This document shows, piece after piece, positions 40,908 through 50,272 of a stretch of 64,000 nucleotides of DNA. The notes under the pieces were generated by a model. The model was not told where the DNA came from. It searched no databases and worked only from the letters and a program-made list of their open reading frames with translations. This DNA comes from Candidatus Bathyarchaeota archaeon. Its GTDB lineage: Archaea > Thermoproteota > Bathyarchaeia > Bathyarchaeales > Bathycorpusculaceae. How positions within the stretch are numbered: the stretch's first letter is position 1; each line of letters begins with the position of its first letter. The position numbers and the translations under genes are program-made. The stretch is from positions 288,001-352,000 of the forward strand of contig CAVTBV010000013.1 in assembly GCA_963733095.1 (NCBI GenBank), read 5' to 3'.

Positions 40908-41105
40908 AATGAAGTGTACGCTTGAATGGTTAACCGGCGAGAAGACCTGGCGAACATCCAAGTGCTAGTTGTGGTCTTTGTGGTTGCAGAGATATATTTC
41001 AAGAGTGAATCATTTTTAAAAATTAGTGTTAAAAAACTTTTTAAGTTATCAAGTAAAACGATGTTATAACGGTGCTATTATGAGCAAACTTTAGGAGGGA
41101 AAACT

Positions 41106-41351
41106 TTGAAAAAATCCACATTCAGGCGATATAGAGTAGCCATCATTTTTTTATTTGCTCTAGCAGCGGTTTCAATCTATATTCTTGTCTCAATTAGCGG
41201 TAAACTACCACAACCAATGGATCTAACGATTGAAGGTCCTAATGGTGTATTCACCGTGACAGCTACCGGAATTGCAGAACAGATTATAGCGCCTATTCTT
41301 GGAATCTGTACAGGTGTCTCTTTCATAATAGCCACTATAAGAAAAAAGTAA
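41106..41351 (+). CDS. small two-TM protein
   Basis: AGGAGG SD; two hydrophobic helices; basic termini. Confidence 0.65.
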   Translation: MKKSTFRRYRVAIIFLFALAAVSIYILVSISGKLPQPMDLTIEGPNGVFTVTATGIAEQIIAPILGICTGVSFIIATIRKK

Positions 41352-41431
41352 ACAAGAGATTACAAAATTAACTTCCTTTTTTTTGAGTAACAATCTATCT
41401 TAGCCAAAATAAGTGAGAAAACTTAGAATTA

Positions 41432-41761
41432 TTAAGTTGCATAATCGATTTTTCTGTTTCTTTCAGCCTCTTGTTGCTGCTTAAGTATTTCATTACGGTT
41501 CAACCTTAAATCATAAAAGTACACTGGAAGCCCAACTGAAAATAATAATGTGCCGGACATTAAAACAATTAAATTTTTGAAGGTGCCAAAAAAGATATAA
41601 TTCATAGCACCATAAGGCAAAAAGAAACAACCAATTGTGAACATAATTAACGCTAAAATTCCTATTTCGTCTATTCTGTCTTTTCCCAACTTCAAAAACA
41701 AAGTTATCCCTGTATTGTTGAGGGTGCTTCTATTATGAACTATTTTTGGCTCAAACAACAA
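41432..41761 (-). CDS. small two-TM protein
   Basis: Two hydrophobic helices; start uncertain. Confidence 0.5.
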   Translation of the reverse strand: MLFEPKIVHNRSTLNNTGITLFLKLGKDRIDEIGILALIMFTIGCFFLPYGAMNYIFFGTFKNLIVLMSGTLLFSVGLPVYFYDLRLNRNEILKQQQEAERNRKIDYAT

Positions 41762-41781
41762 ACGGCAGCTGTAATGTAGAG

Positions 41782-41851
41782 AGTTGAGGGGTTGCAGCTG
41801 TCCAATCAGAACTCCCTTTTCCCCCCTAAATACTTGTGCAACCCCTCAACT
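41782..41851. repeat. 15-bp perfect inverted repeat with 40-nt loop
   Basis: AGTTGAGGGGTTGCA (41782-41796) / TGCAACCCCTCAACT (41837-41851). Confidence 0.85.
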
Positions 41852-42071
41852 TAACCAATAATCAGCCAAGTTAGCATAGAAGCTTTTAGCCAAAATCACT
41901 ATTCGCGAACTTTTCCGAGTAATTATTACAGAAATAAGGGGTTAATTTATTAGAATGACAACCTTTCACTTCTTAAAGTAAATAGGTGAGTAATTGAGAA
42001 TACAAATGCAAACTGTGTACTTGCTATCTCCCATGACAAAAAAGTATACAAGCTTTAGTAAGCTCGGAGCT

Positions 42072-42087
42072 ATGTATATCAAGGTAT
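42072..42087 (+). repeat. attR core ATGTATATCAAGGTAT, overlapping the putative por TATA box
   Basis: Exact match to 28105-28120; ends 40 bp before the porG start. Confidence 0.8.
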
Positions 42088-42127
42088 TCGCCATTTTACT
42101 GACGAAAGACTTAGTGAAGGGATTGCT

Positions 42128-42691
42128 TTGAAAAGTATGGTAGAGTTTAGATGGCATGGTAGAGGTGGACAAGGCGCTTGGACAGCCAGCGAACTTTTGG
42201 CAAGAACAGCTCTTGACGAGGGCAAGTACATTCAATCTTTCCCAGAGTTCGGGCCCGAACGAATGGGTGCGCCAGTGACTGCATTTACAAGAATCAGCAC
42301 TGAACCAATACGGTTACATTGTGCAATCTATGATCCAGATGTTGTGGTAGTTTTAGACAGCACACTGCTAAAAACTGTTCCAGTAACCGCTGGATTAAAT
42401 CGCGACGAAGATTTATTAATCATTAATTCCAGTGAGAATCCAGCGGTTTTGAAAGAAAACCTGCGAGTAACCAAGGGCAAAGTTTGGACGGTTCCAGCAA
42501 CCGAAATTGCTCTTAGGATTTTAGGTGCTCCAATCACAAACACAGCGCTGTTAGGCGTCGTTGCCAAAGCAACTGGAATCGTGTCTTTAGAGGGCATAGA
42601 GAAAACTCTGAAAGGACGTTTCAGACGTGATTTAGCTGAGAAAAACTTTGCAGTTATACAAGAAGCGTACCAAGAGGCAAAAGTTGAATGA
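42128..42691 (+). CDS. porG: pyruvate/2-ketoisovalerate:ferredoxin oxidoreductase gamma subunit
   Basis: EFRWHGRGGQG, FPEFGPERMGAPV. Confidence 0.95.
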   Translation: MKSMVEFRWHGRGGQGAWTASELLARTALDEGKYIQSFPEFGPERMGAPVTAFTRISTEPIRLHCAIYDPDVVVVLDSTLLKTVPVTAGLNRDEDLLIINSSENPAVLKENLRVTKGKVWTVPATEIALRILGAPITNTALLGVVAKATGIVSLEGIEKTLKGRFRRDLAEKNFAVIQEAYQEAKVE

Positions 42692-42972
42692 GTAGTAAAG
42701 AAAAAACTTGGAAAGAAATCTCCATTGCAGGAGTCTGCCCTAAATCAAGCGTTGGATTTATGACTGGCGACTGGAAAACTTACATGCCTGTGCGTGACCT
42801 CGAAAAATGCACAGTTTGCTTAACTTGCACTATGTTTTGTCCAGAAGGCGCAATCGACTGGAGACCTGAACTTGGAAAAATCGATTTTAACTTCAGCTTC
42901 TGCAAAGGCTGCGGAATATGCGCCAACGAATGCCCGACTAAAGCAATAACGATGAAAATACCTGAGGAATAA
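42688..42972 (+). CDS. porD: POR delta subunit (2x[4Fe-4S])
   Basis: TGDWKTYMP, CTVCLTCTMFCP, CKGCGICANECP. Confidence 0.95.
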   Translation: MSSKEKTWKEISIAGVCPKSSVGFMTGDWKTYMPVRDLEKCTVCLTCTMFCPEGAIDWRPELGKIDFNFSFCKGCGICANECPTKAITMKIPEE

Positions 42973-42976
42973 GAAA

Positions 42977-44212
42977 ATGGCAAACACCCAAGTTAAACAA
43001 GAAACCATGGGATTGAACGGCGATGAAGCAGTTGCGTTAGCTGCCAAACAATGTAACGTTGATGTGGTAGCCGCTTACCCAATTACACCTCAAACAATAA
43101 TAGTGGAAAAATTCAGTGAATATGTCGCAAACGGAGAAGTCCAAACAGAGTTTGTCTGCACCGAATCCGAACACAGCGCCCTGACTGCATGCATAGCGGC
43201 CGGTGCAACAGGTGCACGAACCTTCACCGCAAGTGCTTCAGCAGGATTAGCCTTGATGCACGAAATGCTCTTCGTCACTTCAGGCTCTCGAGTGCCCGTT
43301 GTGATGGCAGTTGCAAACCGTGCTTTATCTTCCCCGCTAAACATTCACGGTGACCAATCAGACAGCATGGCTGCACGGGATAGTGGATGGATACAGGTTT
43401 ACGTCGAAAATGCGCAGGAAGCCTACGACTCCATTATTCAAGCCTTTAAAATCGCGGAGGATTTTGGCGTATCTTTGCCGTTGATTGTAGGCTTAGACGG
43501 CTTCACTCTTAGTCATTCGCTTGAAAAAGTAAGTGTTCTTCCCGACGAGTTAGTTACCCAGTTTGTCGGTGAACGGCAACTGCCAAATGTCCTAACTCAC
43601 GAAGGCAAAACTGCACCATTCAAGTTAGACCCCGCCAACCCCATGACCATGGGGCCAGTAGCTTTCCAAAACTACTATTTTGAGTTCAAACGTCAACAGG
43701 AAGAAGGCATGAAAAACGCGTTGAAGAGGATACAGGAAGTCAACAGTGAATACGCCAAAATCAGCGGAAGAAGCTACGGAAACGGCTTAATAGATGGCTA
43801 CAAAATCTCTGACGCAGAACTCATTGTAGTTTGCGTTGGTTCAACATCAGGAACGCTTAAGGTAATCGTTGATGAACTACGCTCTGAAGGTGTAAAAGCG
43901 GGACTTTTGCGGTTACGTACCTTCAGACCCCTTCCAGTTGAAGAATTGCAGAATGCATTAAAGAATTCTAAAGCTGTTGCAGTCATGGACAAAAGCATGA
44001 GTTTCGGAGGTTATGGTGGCGCAGTTTTTCATGAAGTTCGCCATGCACTCTACGATACAAAGCCGCATCCGCCAATCATAAACTACATCTACGGTTTAGG
44101 CGGAAGAGACCATAGCCCCAGTGAACTTCGCAAAGTATTCAATGACCTGATGTCCATCATCAAAACCGGGAACGTAGATACCCAAGTGCGCTATTTGGGA
44201 TTGAGGGAGTAA
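42977..44212 (+). CDS. porA: POR alpha subunit
   Basis: AAYPITPQT, ESEHSA, GLALMHE, NRALSSPLNIHGDQSD. Confidence 0.95.
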   Translation: MANTQVKQETMGLNGDEAVALAAKQCNVDVVAAYPITPQTIIVEKFSEYVANGEVQTEFVCTESEHSALTACIAAGATGARTFTASASAGLALMHEMLFVTSGSRVPVVMAVANRALSSPLNIHGDQSDSMAARDSGWIQVYVENAQEAYDSIIQAFKIAEDFGVSLPLIVGLDGFTLSHSLEKVSVLPDELVTQFVGERQLPNVLTHEGKTAPFKLDPANPMTMGPVAFQNYYFEFKRQQEEGMKNALKRIQEVNSEYAKISGRSYGNGLIDGYKISDAELIVVCVGSTSGTLKVIVDELRSEGVKAGLLRLRTFRPLPVEELQNALKNSKAVAVMDKSMSFGGYGGAVFHEVRHALYDTKPHPPIINYIYGLGGRDHSPSELRKVFNDLMSIIKTGNVDTQVRYLGLRE

Positions 44213-44225
44213 GGAGGAAAACAAG

Positions 44226-45188
44226 TTGACTACACAAGAATGGAGATTTACAGCAAAGGACATCGCTTCAAAACCTGACCTGTTCTTATCAGGACATCGT
44301 GCCTGTGCAGGCTGTGGACCCGCAGCTGCCCTGCGTTTGATAATGAAGGCTACCCGTGGACCTACAATCGTAACTCAAGCAACAGGTTGCATGGAGGTAG
44401 TTTCTTCAATCTACCCCTACACCTCTTGGGCTGTACCGTGGTTACATACGGCTTTCGAGAACGCTGCCGCAAACGCTTCAGGTATCGACGCCGCCCTAAA
44501 AGCCCTGCGTAGGAAAGGTCAAATCAAAGAACATATCGACATTATTGCGTTTGCAGGCGATGGCGGAACCTACGACATTGGCTTGCAAGCATTGTCGGGC
44601 GCGGTGGAACGTGGACATGACTTTCTCTTTATACTCTATGACAACGAAGGCTACATGAACACTGGCATCCAACGTAGCAGTTCAACCCCCCTCGGCGCCG
44701 CAACAACCACGACCCCTGCAGGCTCCGTGATTCCAGGCAAACTGGAGAAGAAAAAACCGATAACTGAAATCATGCTCGCCCACGAAATGGAATACGTCGC
44801 AACCGCAACCCCCTACTACTGGAAAGACATGCTCACCAAAGTCCGCAAAGGACTAGAAGTCGAAGGCCCCGCATTCCTTCACGTGTTTGCTCCTTGCCCC
44901 CGTGGCTGGAGAAGCGAACCCGCAAAAACAATGGAATACAGCAAACTAGCGGTTGAGTCATGTGTGTTTCCAATCTGGGAAGCCGTCAACGGCAAACGAA
45001 CCCTCTCAATACCCAGCAAACTCATCGCATTAGCACCGCAGAAAAAAAAACCTGTCAAAGCATACCTTGAAGGACAAGGCAGATTCCGCCACCTCTTCAC
45101 ACCAAAGAACTCACAAATAATCGACCAAATCCAACAAACCACTGACGAACGCTGGCAACGTCTCCTCAAAAAATGCGAGTTCCCCTAA
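44226..45188 (+). CDS. porB: POR beta subunit (TPP-binding)
   Basis: GHRACAGCG, GDGGTYDIG...YDNEGYMNTGIQRS, APCPRGW. Confidence 0.95.
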   Translation: MTTQEWRFTAKDIASKPDLFLSGHRACAGCGPAAALRLIMKATRGPTIVTQATGCMEVVSSIYPYTSWAVPWLHTAFENAAANASGIDAALKALRRKGQIKEHIDIIAFAGDGGTYDIGLQALSGAVERGHDFLFILYDNEGYMNTGIQRSSSTPLGAATTTTPAGSVIPGKLEKKKPITEIMLAHEMEYVATATPYYWKDMLTKVRKGLEVEGPAFLHVFAPCPRGWRSEPAKTMEYSKLAVESCVFPIWEAVNGKRTLSIPSKLIALAPQKKKPVKAYLEGQGRFRHLFTPKNSQIIDQIQQTTDERWQRLLKKCEFP

Positions 45189-45569
45189 CTTTCCTTTATT
45201 TTTGTATAGTTTTATATTAAATATGGACTTTAGGTCTTTTTAGTTTTTTTAGAGCATGTTAACCCTTGGAAAACGACGTGCTAATGGGTTGGTTTAATGC
45301 CTAGATTAAGTGGGAACATAGTATTTTCAGTAAGTTGTATTTGCAAAAGTTTTTTGTTAGTGTTGGGTTTTTTGGTTGGTTATGTGTGTTGGCTGTCCAC
45401 TTGCCATCCGTATCGAGGAGAAAGGAGAAGGCTTCGAAAACGGAAAATTGTTTTGGCGTGGTGGTGTAGCCTTCAACCCTAACCAATCCTCCAATCACTA
45501 ACAAGACTTAAGATAATGTGATTAAAATATATGGCTTATGAAAAGAGAATCAGGAGTACAAATACTGAT

Positions 45570-46133
45570 TTAGCCTACAGCCAACGCGCCTTCGAGAATG
45601 CTTCGTTCAGAAACTTCAAGCTGCTTTGAGAGCCATGTCTTGAGTATTGCTGAGAACTCTGGAAGTGCTCCGCTGTAGATGATTATTTGGTTGCCTTTGA
45701 GGGCATTGGCTTGGAAGACTTTTTCGTATTCTTTGAAGCTAAAGGAGAGGGTTTGGGCTCTGAAGGCTAGATTTTGGAAGTCTTCCCATTGTTTGCACCT
45801 TAAAACTATGGACTGAGTGCCCGCCACCAACTCGGTAACTGCAGGTGCTTCAGGACTTTGTTGTTCCTTAACAGCAATTGCACATAGTTGTGCTTCTTTG
45901 GGGGCGTTGGATAACTGTCCGATTAGGCTTGTGACTTCTTTTTGTAAGGCATCTATTTTTCCTTCCACTTTCTCGACTTTGCCGGTTAATTCGCTGGTGT
46001 CTCCCATCTGTTCGGTAACGGTTGCCAGCTCGCTTATGAGTTTGTCGAGGTCTTTTTCGTGCTCTTTGAGGACGTTTACTATGAAGTCTAAGGCCTCTAA
46101 GGCATCGTCTTTTGATTGTGGACTTTTTGCCAA
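45570..46133 (-). CDS. coiled-coil hypothetical protein, paralog of 5049-5618
   Basis: End-to-end similarity with the 5049 ORF. Confidence 0.8.
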   Translation of the reverse strand: MAKSPQSKDDALEALDFIVNVLKEHEKDLDKLISELATVTEQMGDTSELTGKVEKVEGKIDALQKEVTSLIGQLSNAPKEAQLCAIAVKEQQSPEAPAVTELVAGTQSIVLRCKQWEDFQNLAFRAQTLSFSFKEYEKVFQANALKGNQIIIYSGALPEFSAILKTWLSKQLEVSERSILEGALAVG

Positions 46134-46293
46134 GTTATTCTACCCCACCGTTTAGTACTTTGTTGTGGTTGTTGATAGATAAAGCTAGCGAATTGTCAAA
46201 TAGTATCGTTGCAACGCTTCGACCGTATTGATTGGCAATACTTAATACTTAATAGGGTTGTGGATGCGCTCAACAACAAAACACAAAAACAAC

Positions 46294-47088
46294 CTAAATC
46301 CTAACTCTCCTACGAGCAAACACCCCAAAACCAACCACAACCGCCACCAAACAAACCCCAACCAAAACCCACCAAACATTTCCCAACGAAAAACCAGAAA
46401 CTGACGCCCCAGACACCTGCTGATCACTCTCCGGCAAAGTAACATTGGTTGGCGCAACAGTCGGCTCAACAATTGTCGAGTTGATTGTTGGGTCGGGAGT
46501 TGAGGTTAGTTGCTGTTGAGTTGGCTGTGGGGAAGGCTGGGTTATCGGGATATCTGTTGATGGCCGAAACTGCTGGAACGCGCTTAGACTTGGGGTTCCA
46601 GCTATGGCGACGCTGAGGATTTGGGTGCCCAGGGCTATTTGGGTAATCATGGATATCCATAGGTTGCCGTTAGAGTCGGGAACAACCAAACGCAGCGTCT
46701 CAGAAAGCGGTAAGCCACCTAAGTCGTAGGCAACTATCACATCTGGGCGCAGTGCCATTTCTATCGGGATGCTGACAGAGTATCCGTCTTGGGCTTTAAA
46801 ATCAACCAATGTTGCAGAGGGATCCAAGCCCGCCACGTTTAGTAGGTCGGAGAGTTTTACGCCTTCCCATTCCCCACTTGAAATTGGGACGCCGTAGCAT
46901 TTGAGATCGGCGTAGACGGTGGTTTTGGGCATGGCTAGTAGGTCTTGGTAGGTGAGGCTGGTGGTTGATGAGGTGAGGTTTGTTATTTGCAAGGTCCACT
47001 GGGTTTGTGCGGAGGCTACTGCTGTGGTTGCGAGTGGGATGGTTAGTAGGGCTAAAATGAGGCTTGTTGCGGGAATTTTGTTTTTCGT
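46294..47088 (-). CDS. secreted, C-terminally anchored sulfite-oxidase-family molybdopterin oxidoreductase domain; apparent ACG start
   Basis: DLKCYG (Mo-ligand Cys), WEGVKLSDLL, AQDGYSVSI, LRLVVP..G..W; in-frame signal peptide extends upstream of the track start to ACG at 47088 behind GGAGG. Confidence 0.8.
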   Translation of the reverse strand, partial: TKNKIPATSLILALLTIPLATTAVASAQTQWTLQITNLTSSTTSLTYQDLLAMPKTTVYADLKCYGVPISSGEWEGVKLSDLLNVAGLDPSATLVDFKAQDGYSVSIPIEMALRPDVIVAYDLGGLPLSETLRLVVPDSNGNLWISMITQIALGTQILSVAIAGTPSLSAFQQFRPSTDIPITQPSPQPTQQQLTSTPDPTINSTIVEPTVAPTNVTLPESDQQVSGASVSGFSLGNVWWVLVGVCLVAVVVGFGVFARRRVRI

Positions 47089-47186
47089 TTGTTTTCCTCC
47101 CTAAATATGACGCGCGTCATACCTTTTATACCTTTACTAAAACCCCGAAAAACCAACTGAAAACCAAAAAACACAAACCCAGCTAA

Positions 47187-48197
47187 TCAAACCAGCTTTA
47201 ACTTTTCCTTAAAAACTGTCCGCACATCCTCAACAGCATTCCCACCCTCAATCAGCCCAAACCTATCCAAAAAAGCCAAAACATCCTCAAAACTAACCTT
47301 AACACTTGAACTATTAGCTAAACCCAGCAAGAAACCCTCAAGCGCCAAACGCTCCCTCCCACTGTCCTTCTCATCGATAACCCTAGCAAACAACAGATCA
47401 TTCAACGTGTAATAAGCACCAATCACAGTCTTCGCAATATCAAAATCACCCTTTCCATTATCCTCGGGTTTTAGGTTGTCAAAGTACTCATAGATCGTTT
47501 TTAGGATGGCGTAGGCTTCTTTGGAGGTTTCTTTGGGAACCTGTCGTTTGATGGCTGCGGAGAGGTTGGAGAAGTCTACATTCAGGGGCGCAAGGGTTTG
47601 TTCATCAAAGCTCAGGATGCCGCCTAAACCTTCCGCGGCGCTTTCGAGGCTTGCCCAATCAATCCGTTTCCCATGCAGCCTCATCAAAACATCGAAGCAC
47701 AAATCCACAGCGCCCATTGAAGCGTCAATTGCGGTGGTGAGGTCGCTTTTTCTTTGCCTGGCTTTTTCGGTTCCCTCATCTGTTTTGGTCTGATCTACAA
47801 GTAAAGCTTGAATCTGTTCACGCAGTGAATCAAATGACTCAGACTTCTTCTTTAGAACAAAAGCGTAAACCACACCATTCCAAGTTACGCTTAAGTCGTT
47901 GCTGCCGAAGCTTTCAACGCTCCCTATATCCGCTATGGGTATTTCTTTGAGGAGCACCCAACGTTTTTTTGGGAAGCCTTTTGCAGCAAAAAACTTGATG
48001 ATGTTGTCGGTAAGTTCGTATTTGTCTATGGCGAGTCCTTTGGGTTTTGGTTTGGGCTTGGCTGTTTTCTCTTGGATTGGCTGGGTTTCTTTCCGGCGTC
48101 CAAACATCAACGGGAACGCTATGGTGGTGATTGCTGGAGCAAAAGTGAAATCAGTGCTTTTTGATTGAAAGTCGATTGGGTGCTGTTTATTTTTCAT
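47187..48197 (-). CDS. hypothetical protein (PH-like N-terminus, helical C-terminus); start uncertain
   Basis: 336-aa ORF co-oriented with the redox cluster. Confidence 0.7.
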   Translation of the reverse strand: MKNKQHPIDFQSKSTDFTFAPAITTIAFPLMFGRRKETQPIQEKTAKPKPKPKGLAIDKYELTDNIIKFFAAKGFPKKRWVLLKEIPIADIGSVESFGSNDLSVTWNGVVYAFVLKKKSESFDSLREQIQALLVDQTKTDEGTEKARQRKSDLTTAIDASMGAVDLCFDVLMRLHGKRIDWASLESAAEGLGGILSFDEQTLAPLNVDFSNLSAAIKRQVPKETSKEAYAILKTIYEYFDNLKPEDNGKGDFDIAKTVIGAYYTLNDLLFARVIDEKDSGRERLALEGFLLGLANSSSVKVSFEDVLAFLDRFGLIEGGNAVEDVRTVFKEKLKLV

Positions 48198-48283
48198 AAC
48201 TATCTATTCTTTCTTAGGGCTCTTTTGTTTATAAATTGATGCATAGATTAACCGATGCGTCCAATCGGGCTGTTGCTGAGAAA

Positions 48284-48571
48284 TTAACGTGGGTTCCAAA
48301 CACATTTGATGGCTTTTGCTTCACAAGCCAAAATGCAGGGGGTGTTGTTGGTTACGGGTTTGCAGGCGGCGCAGGTGTACTTTATTTTTTTTCGGTGTTC
48401 CTCTGCGATGGCTGCAACGGTTTTGTCTTCAAGGTCGATGAATTCGGTTTGCAGTTTAAGGGCTGTTTGGGGACATTTTTGTGTGCATTTACCACAGCCG
48501 CTGCATTTGTCAGAGTCTATTACGATGAAGTATTCGCCTGAACCGTCACTATAGCCATAGTACGTAATCAC
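48284..48571 (-). CDS. ferredoxin of the type accompanying bzd-type benzoyl-CoA reductase clusters
   Basis: GTG start 4 bp after the activator stop; YYGYSDGSGEYFIVIDSDKCSGCGKCTQKCP; CAACKP...PCILAC. Confidence 0.85.
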   Translation of the reverse strand: MITYYGYSDGSGEYFIVIDSDKCSGCGKCTQKCPQTALKLQTEFIDLEDKTVAAIAEEHRKKIKYTCAACKPVTNNTPCILACEAKAIKCVWNPR

Positions 48572-48575
48572 GGTA

Positions 48576-49481
48576 TCAGCTGCCCTTTTGTGCCTTATCA
48601 TAGAGCGCTTTGGCCAACAACGCTGCGCCCAATGCTCCCGCGACCATGGGGTCTAAAGCTCCTTCCTCCCGCCAATTGGGCGTTGGAAGACACTTTACGC
48701 CAAGAATAACTTCAATTCTGCTCACGATACCGATGTTCTTTGATTGCCCGCCCGTGACAACCAATTCCCGCTCCAAGCCTACCCGGTTGATTAAGTTAGC
48801 CATACGAACCGCCATCGCCCGGGTGTAGGCAGCTAAAACTTTTTCTCTTGTCCAACCCTTACGTAGCAAACCCATGGCTTCCGTCTTTGCGAAGGCGACA
48901 CATGTGCAACTAACTGGTTCAGGTTCTTTTTCCACTTTTAAGGATATGTCGCCGATTTCTTCGATGGGAATCTGCAGTAAATCTGCGAAGACTTCCATGC
49001 CTCTGCCTGTTCCAGCTGCGCATTTGTCGTTCATAAGGAAGGAGACAACTCTGCCTGTTTCGTCGATGCGGATGGCTTTGATGTCTTGTCCGCCGACGTC
49101 AAGGACTGTTCGGACGGTGGGTCCCCAAATGTAGTTGGCGCCTTTTGCGTGGCAAGCGATTTCGGTTATGGCTTTATTTGCCATGGGCACGTTTACGCGT
49201 CCATATCCTGTGCCAACTATGTATTTGAGGTCGCTGACTTTGAGCCCTGTGCCTTCGAGGGCATAGTTGAGTGCTTTTGTTGCGCTTTCAGGACTGTTGG
49301 CGCCTGTGCGGGTAATCCCCCAACTGTAAGCTTCGCCGTTAACCATTACGGCAGCTTTAGAGCCCACTGAACCCACATCGACACCTGCAGTGATTATGTC
49401 TTTGTTGGTCCATTTCTTGTTCGGCATTATGCGATGGTATTCTTTCCAACGCCAGAATTCTGCTGGTTTTGTGCTGCTCAT
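48576..49481 (-). CDS. bzdQ: ATP-dependent activator subunit (ASKHA), BzdQ-like
   Basis: N-terminal EFWRWKE extension, GVDVGS, TGYGR, EIACHAKG, DVGGQDIKAI, NDKCAAGTG, CVAFAKTE. Confidence 0.75.
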   Translation of the reverse strand: MSSTKPAEFWRWKEYHRIMPNKKWTNKDIITAGVDVGSVGSKAAVMVNGEAYSWGITRTGANSPESATKALNYALEGTGLKVSDLKYIVGTGYGRVNVPMANKAITEIACHAKGANYIWGPTVRTVLDVGGQDIKAIRIDETGRVVSFLMNDKCAAGTGRGMEVFADLLQIPIEEIGDISLKVEKEPEPVSCTCVAFAKTEAMGLLRKGWTREKVLAAYTRAMAVRMANLINRVGLERELVVTGGQSKNIGIVSRIEVILGVKCLPTPNWREEGALDPMVAGALGAALLAKALYDKAQKGS

Positions 49482-50263
49482 TTCTGTGCCCCCTTTGCGC
49501 GTGTAGCAGCAATTAAAGCGGCGCCCAATGCTCCCGTGTATTCGGGGTTTTCTGGAATTGTAACGTTCATGCCTAATTTGCGGTTTAATGATGCTATAAA
49601 ACCGGGGTCTTTAGCAACGCCGCCGACCAATACGACTTCTGGGTTTATTCCTAAGCGGTGAATCATGGAGGAAATGCGGTCTGCCATTGCGTCGTAGACT
49701 GCACGGGCGATTTCGGGTTTGGATTCTTGGCGATGGATAAGAGAAACCACGTCTGATTCTCCGAATATGACGCAGGAAGCGTTGATGGGGCTTGCACGCT
49801 CCGCCTTGAGTGATAGTGGACCCATATCTTCCGTTTTGACTTCTAATGCTCTTGCCATGGCTTCGATGAATGCTCCTGCACCGGCGGCGCAGCGTTCGTT
49901 GACGACGAAGTCAGCCATGATGCCTTTTTCGTCGCATTTTACTGCTCTTGCCTCTTCGGCGCCGACATCTATGATTGTTCGGGCATTTGGGACGAGATAT
50001 ACGCCTGCTTTTGCGTCTGCGCTCATCATGCTTACAGTGCCGTTTGCGTAGGGCGCCATATCCATGGCTGAACCGGTCGCCGCAAAATACGATATGTCGG
50101 ATAATTGGAGGTTGGCTTTGTTTAAGGCTTCTTCCACTGCTTGTTCAGCAGCTTTGGTTGGGTCAAACCCGCAGAAGGCTTGTCCCCTTCCTGAAACAAC
50201 GCCGTCTTTGAGGATTACTGCTTTAACTCTTTGCGTTCCTAAATCCATACCAACAGTGTTCAT
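49478..50263 (-). CDS. bzdP: ATP-dependent activator subunit (ASKHA), BzdP-like
   Basis: GMDLG, DVGAEEARAVK, NERCAAGAGAFIEAMARALE, NASCVIFGESDVVSLIH. Confidence 0.75.
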   Translation of the reverse strand: MNTVGMDLGTQRVKAVILKDGVVSGRGQAFCGFDPTKAAEQAVEEALNKANLQLSDISYFAATGSAMDMAPYANGTVSMMSADAKAGVYLVPNARTIIDVGAEEARAVKCDEKGIMADFVVNERCAAGAGAFIEAMARALEVKTEDMGPLSLKAERASPINASCVIFGESDVVSLIHRQESKPEIARAVYDAMADRISSMIHRLGINPEVVLVGGVAKDPGFIASLNRKLGMNVTIPENPEYTGALGAALIAATRAKGAQK

Positions 50264-50272
50264 ACATTCACC

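Larger units (their letters stand above)
28105..42087. mobile_element. ~14-kb integrated plasmid/virus-like element (integrase, primpol-MCM replicon)
   Basis: 16-bp direct repeat at both ends, integrase at left end, replication gene, dense small orphan ORFs; host por operon resumes right after the right repeat. Confidence 0.88.

Noticed and set aside
41106-41351. Spindle-virus major capsid protein (two hydrophobic helices)
   Set aside because: Hydrophobic pattern alone is not diagnostic; there is no supporting adhesin/ATPase module
28105-42087. tRNA-targeted or SSV1-type split-integrase provirus
   Set aside because: No tRNA at either end, the integrase is uninterrupted, and no recognisable capsid, terminase or packaging ATPase is present
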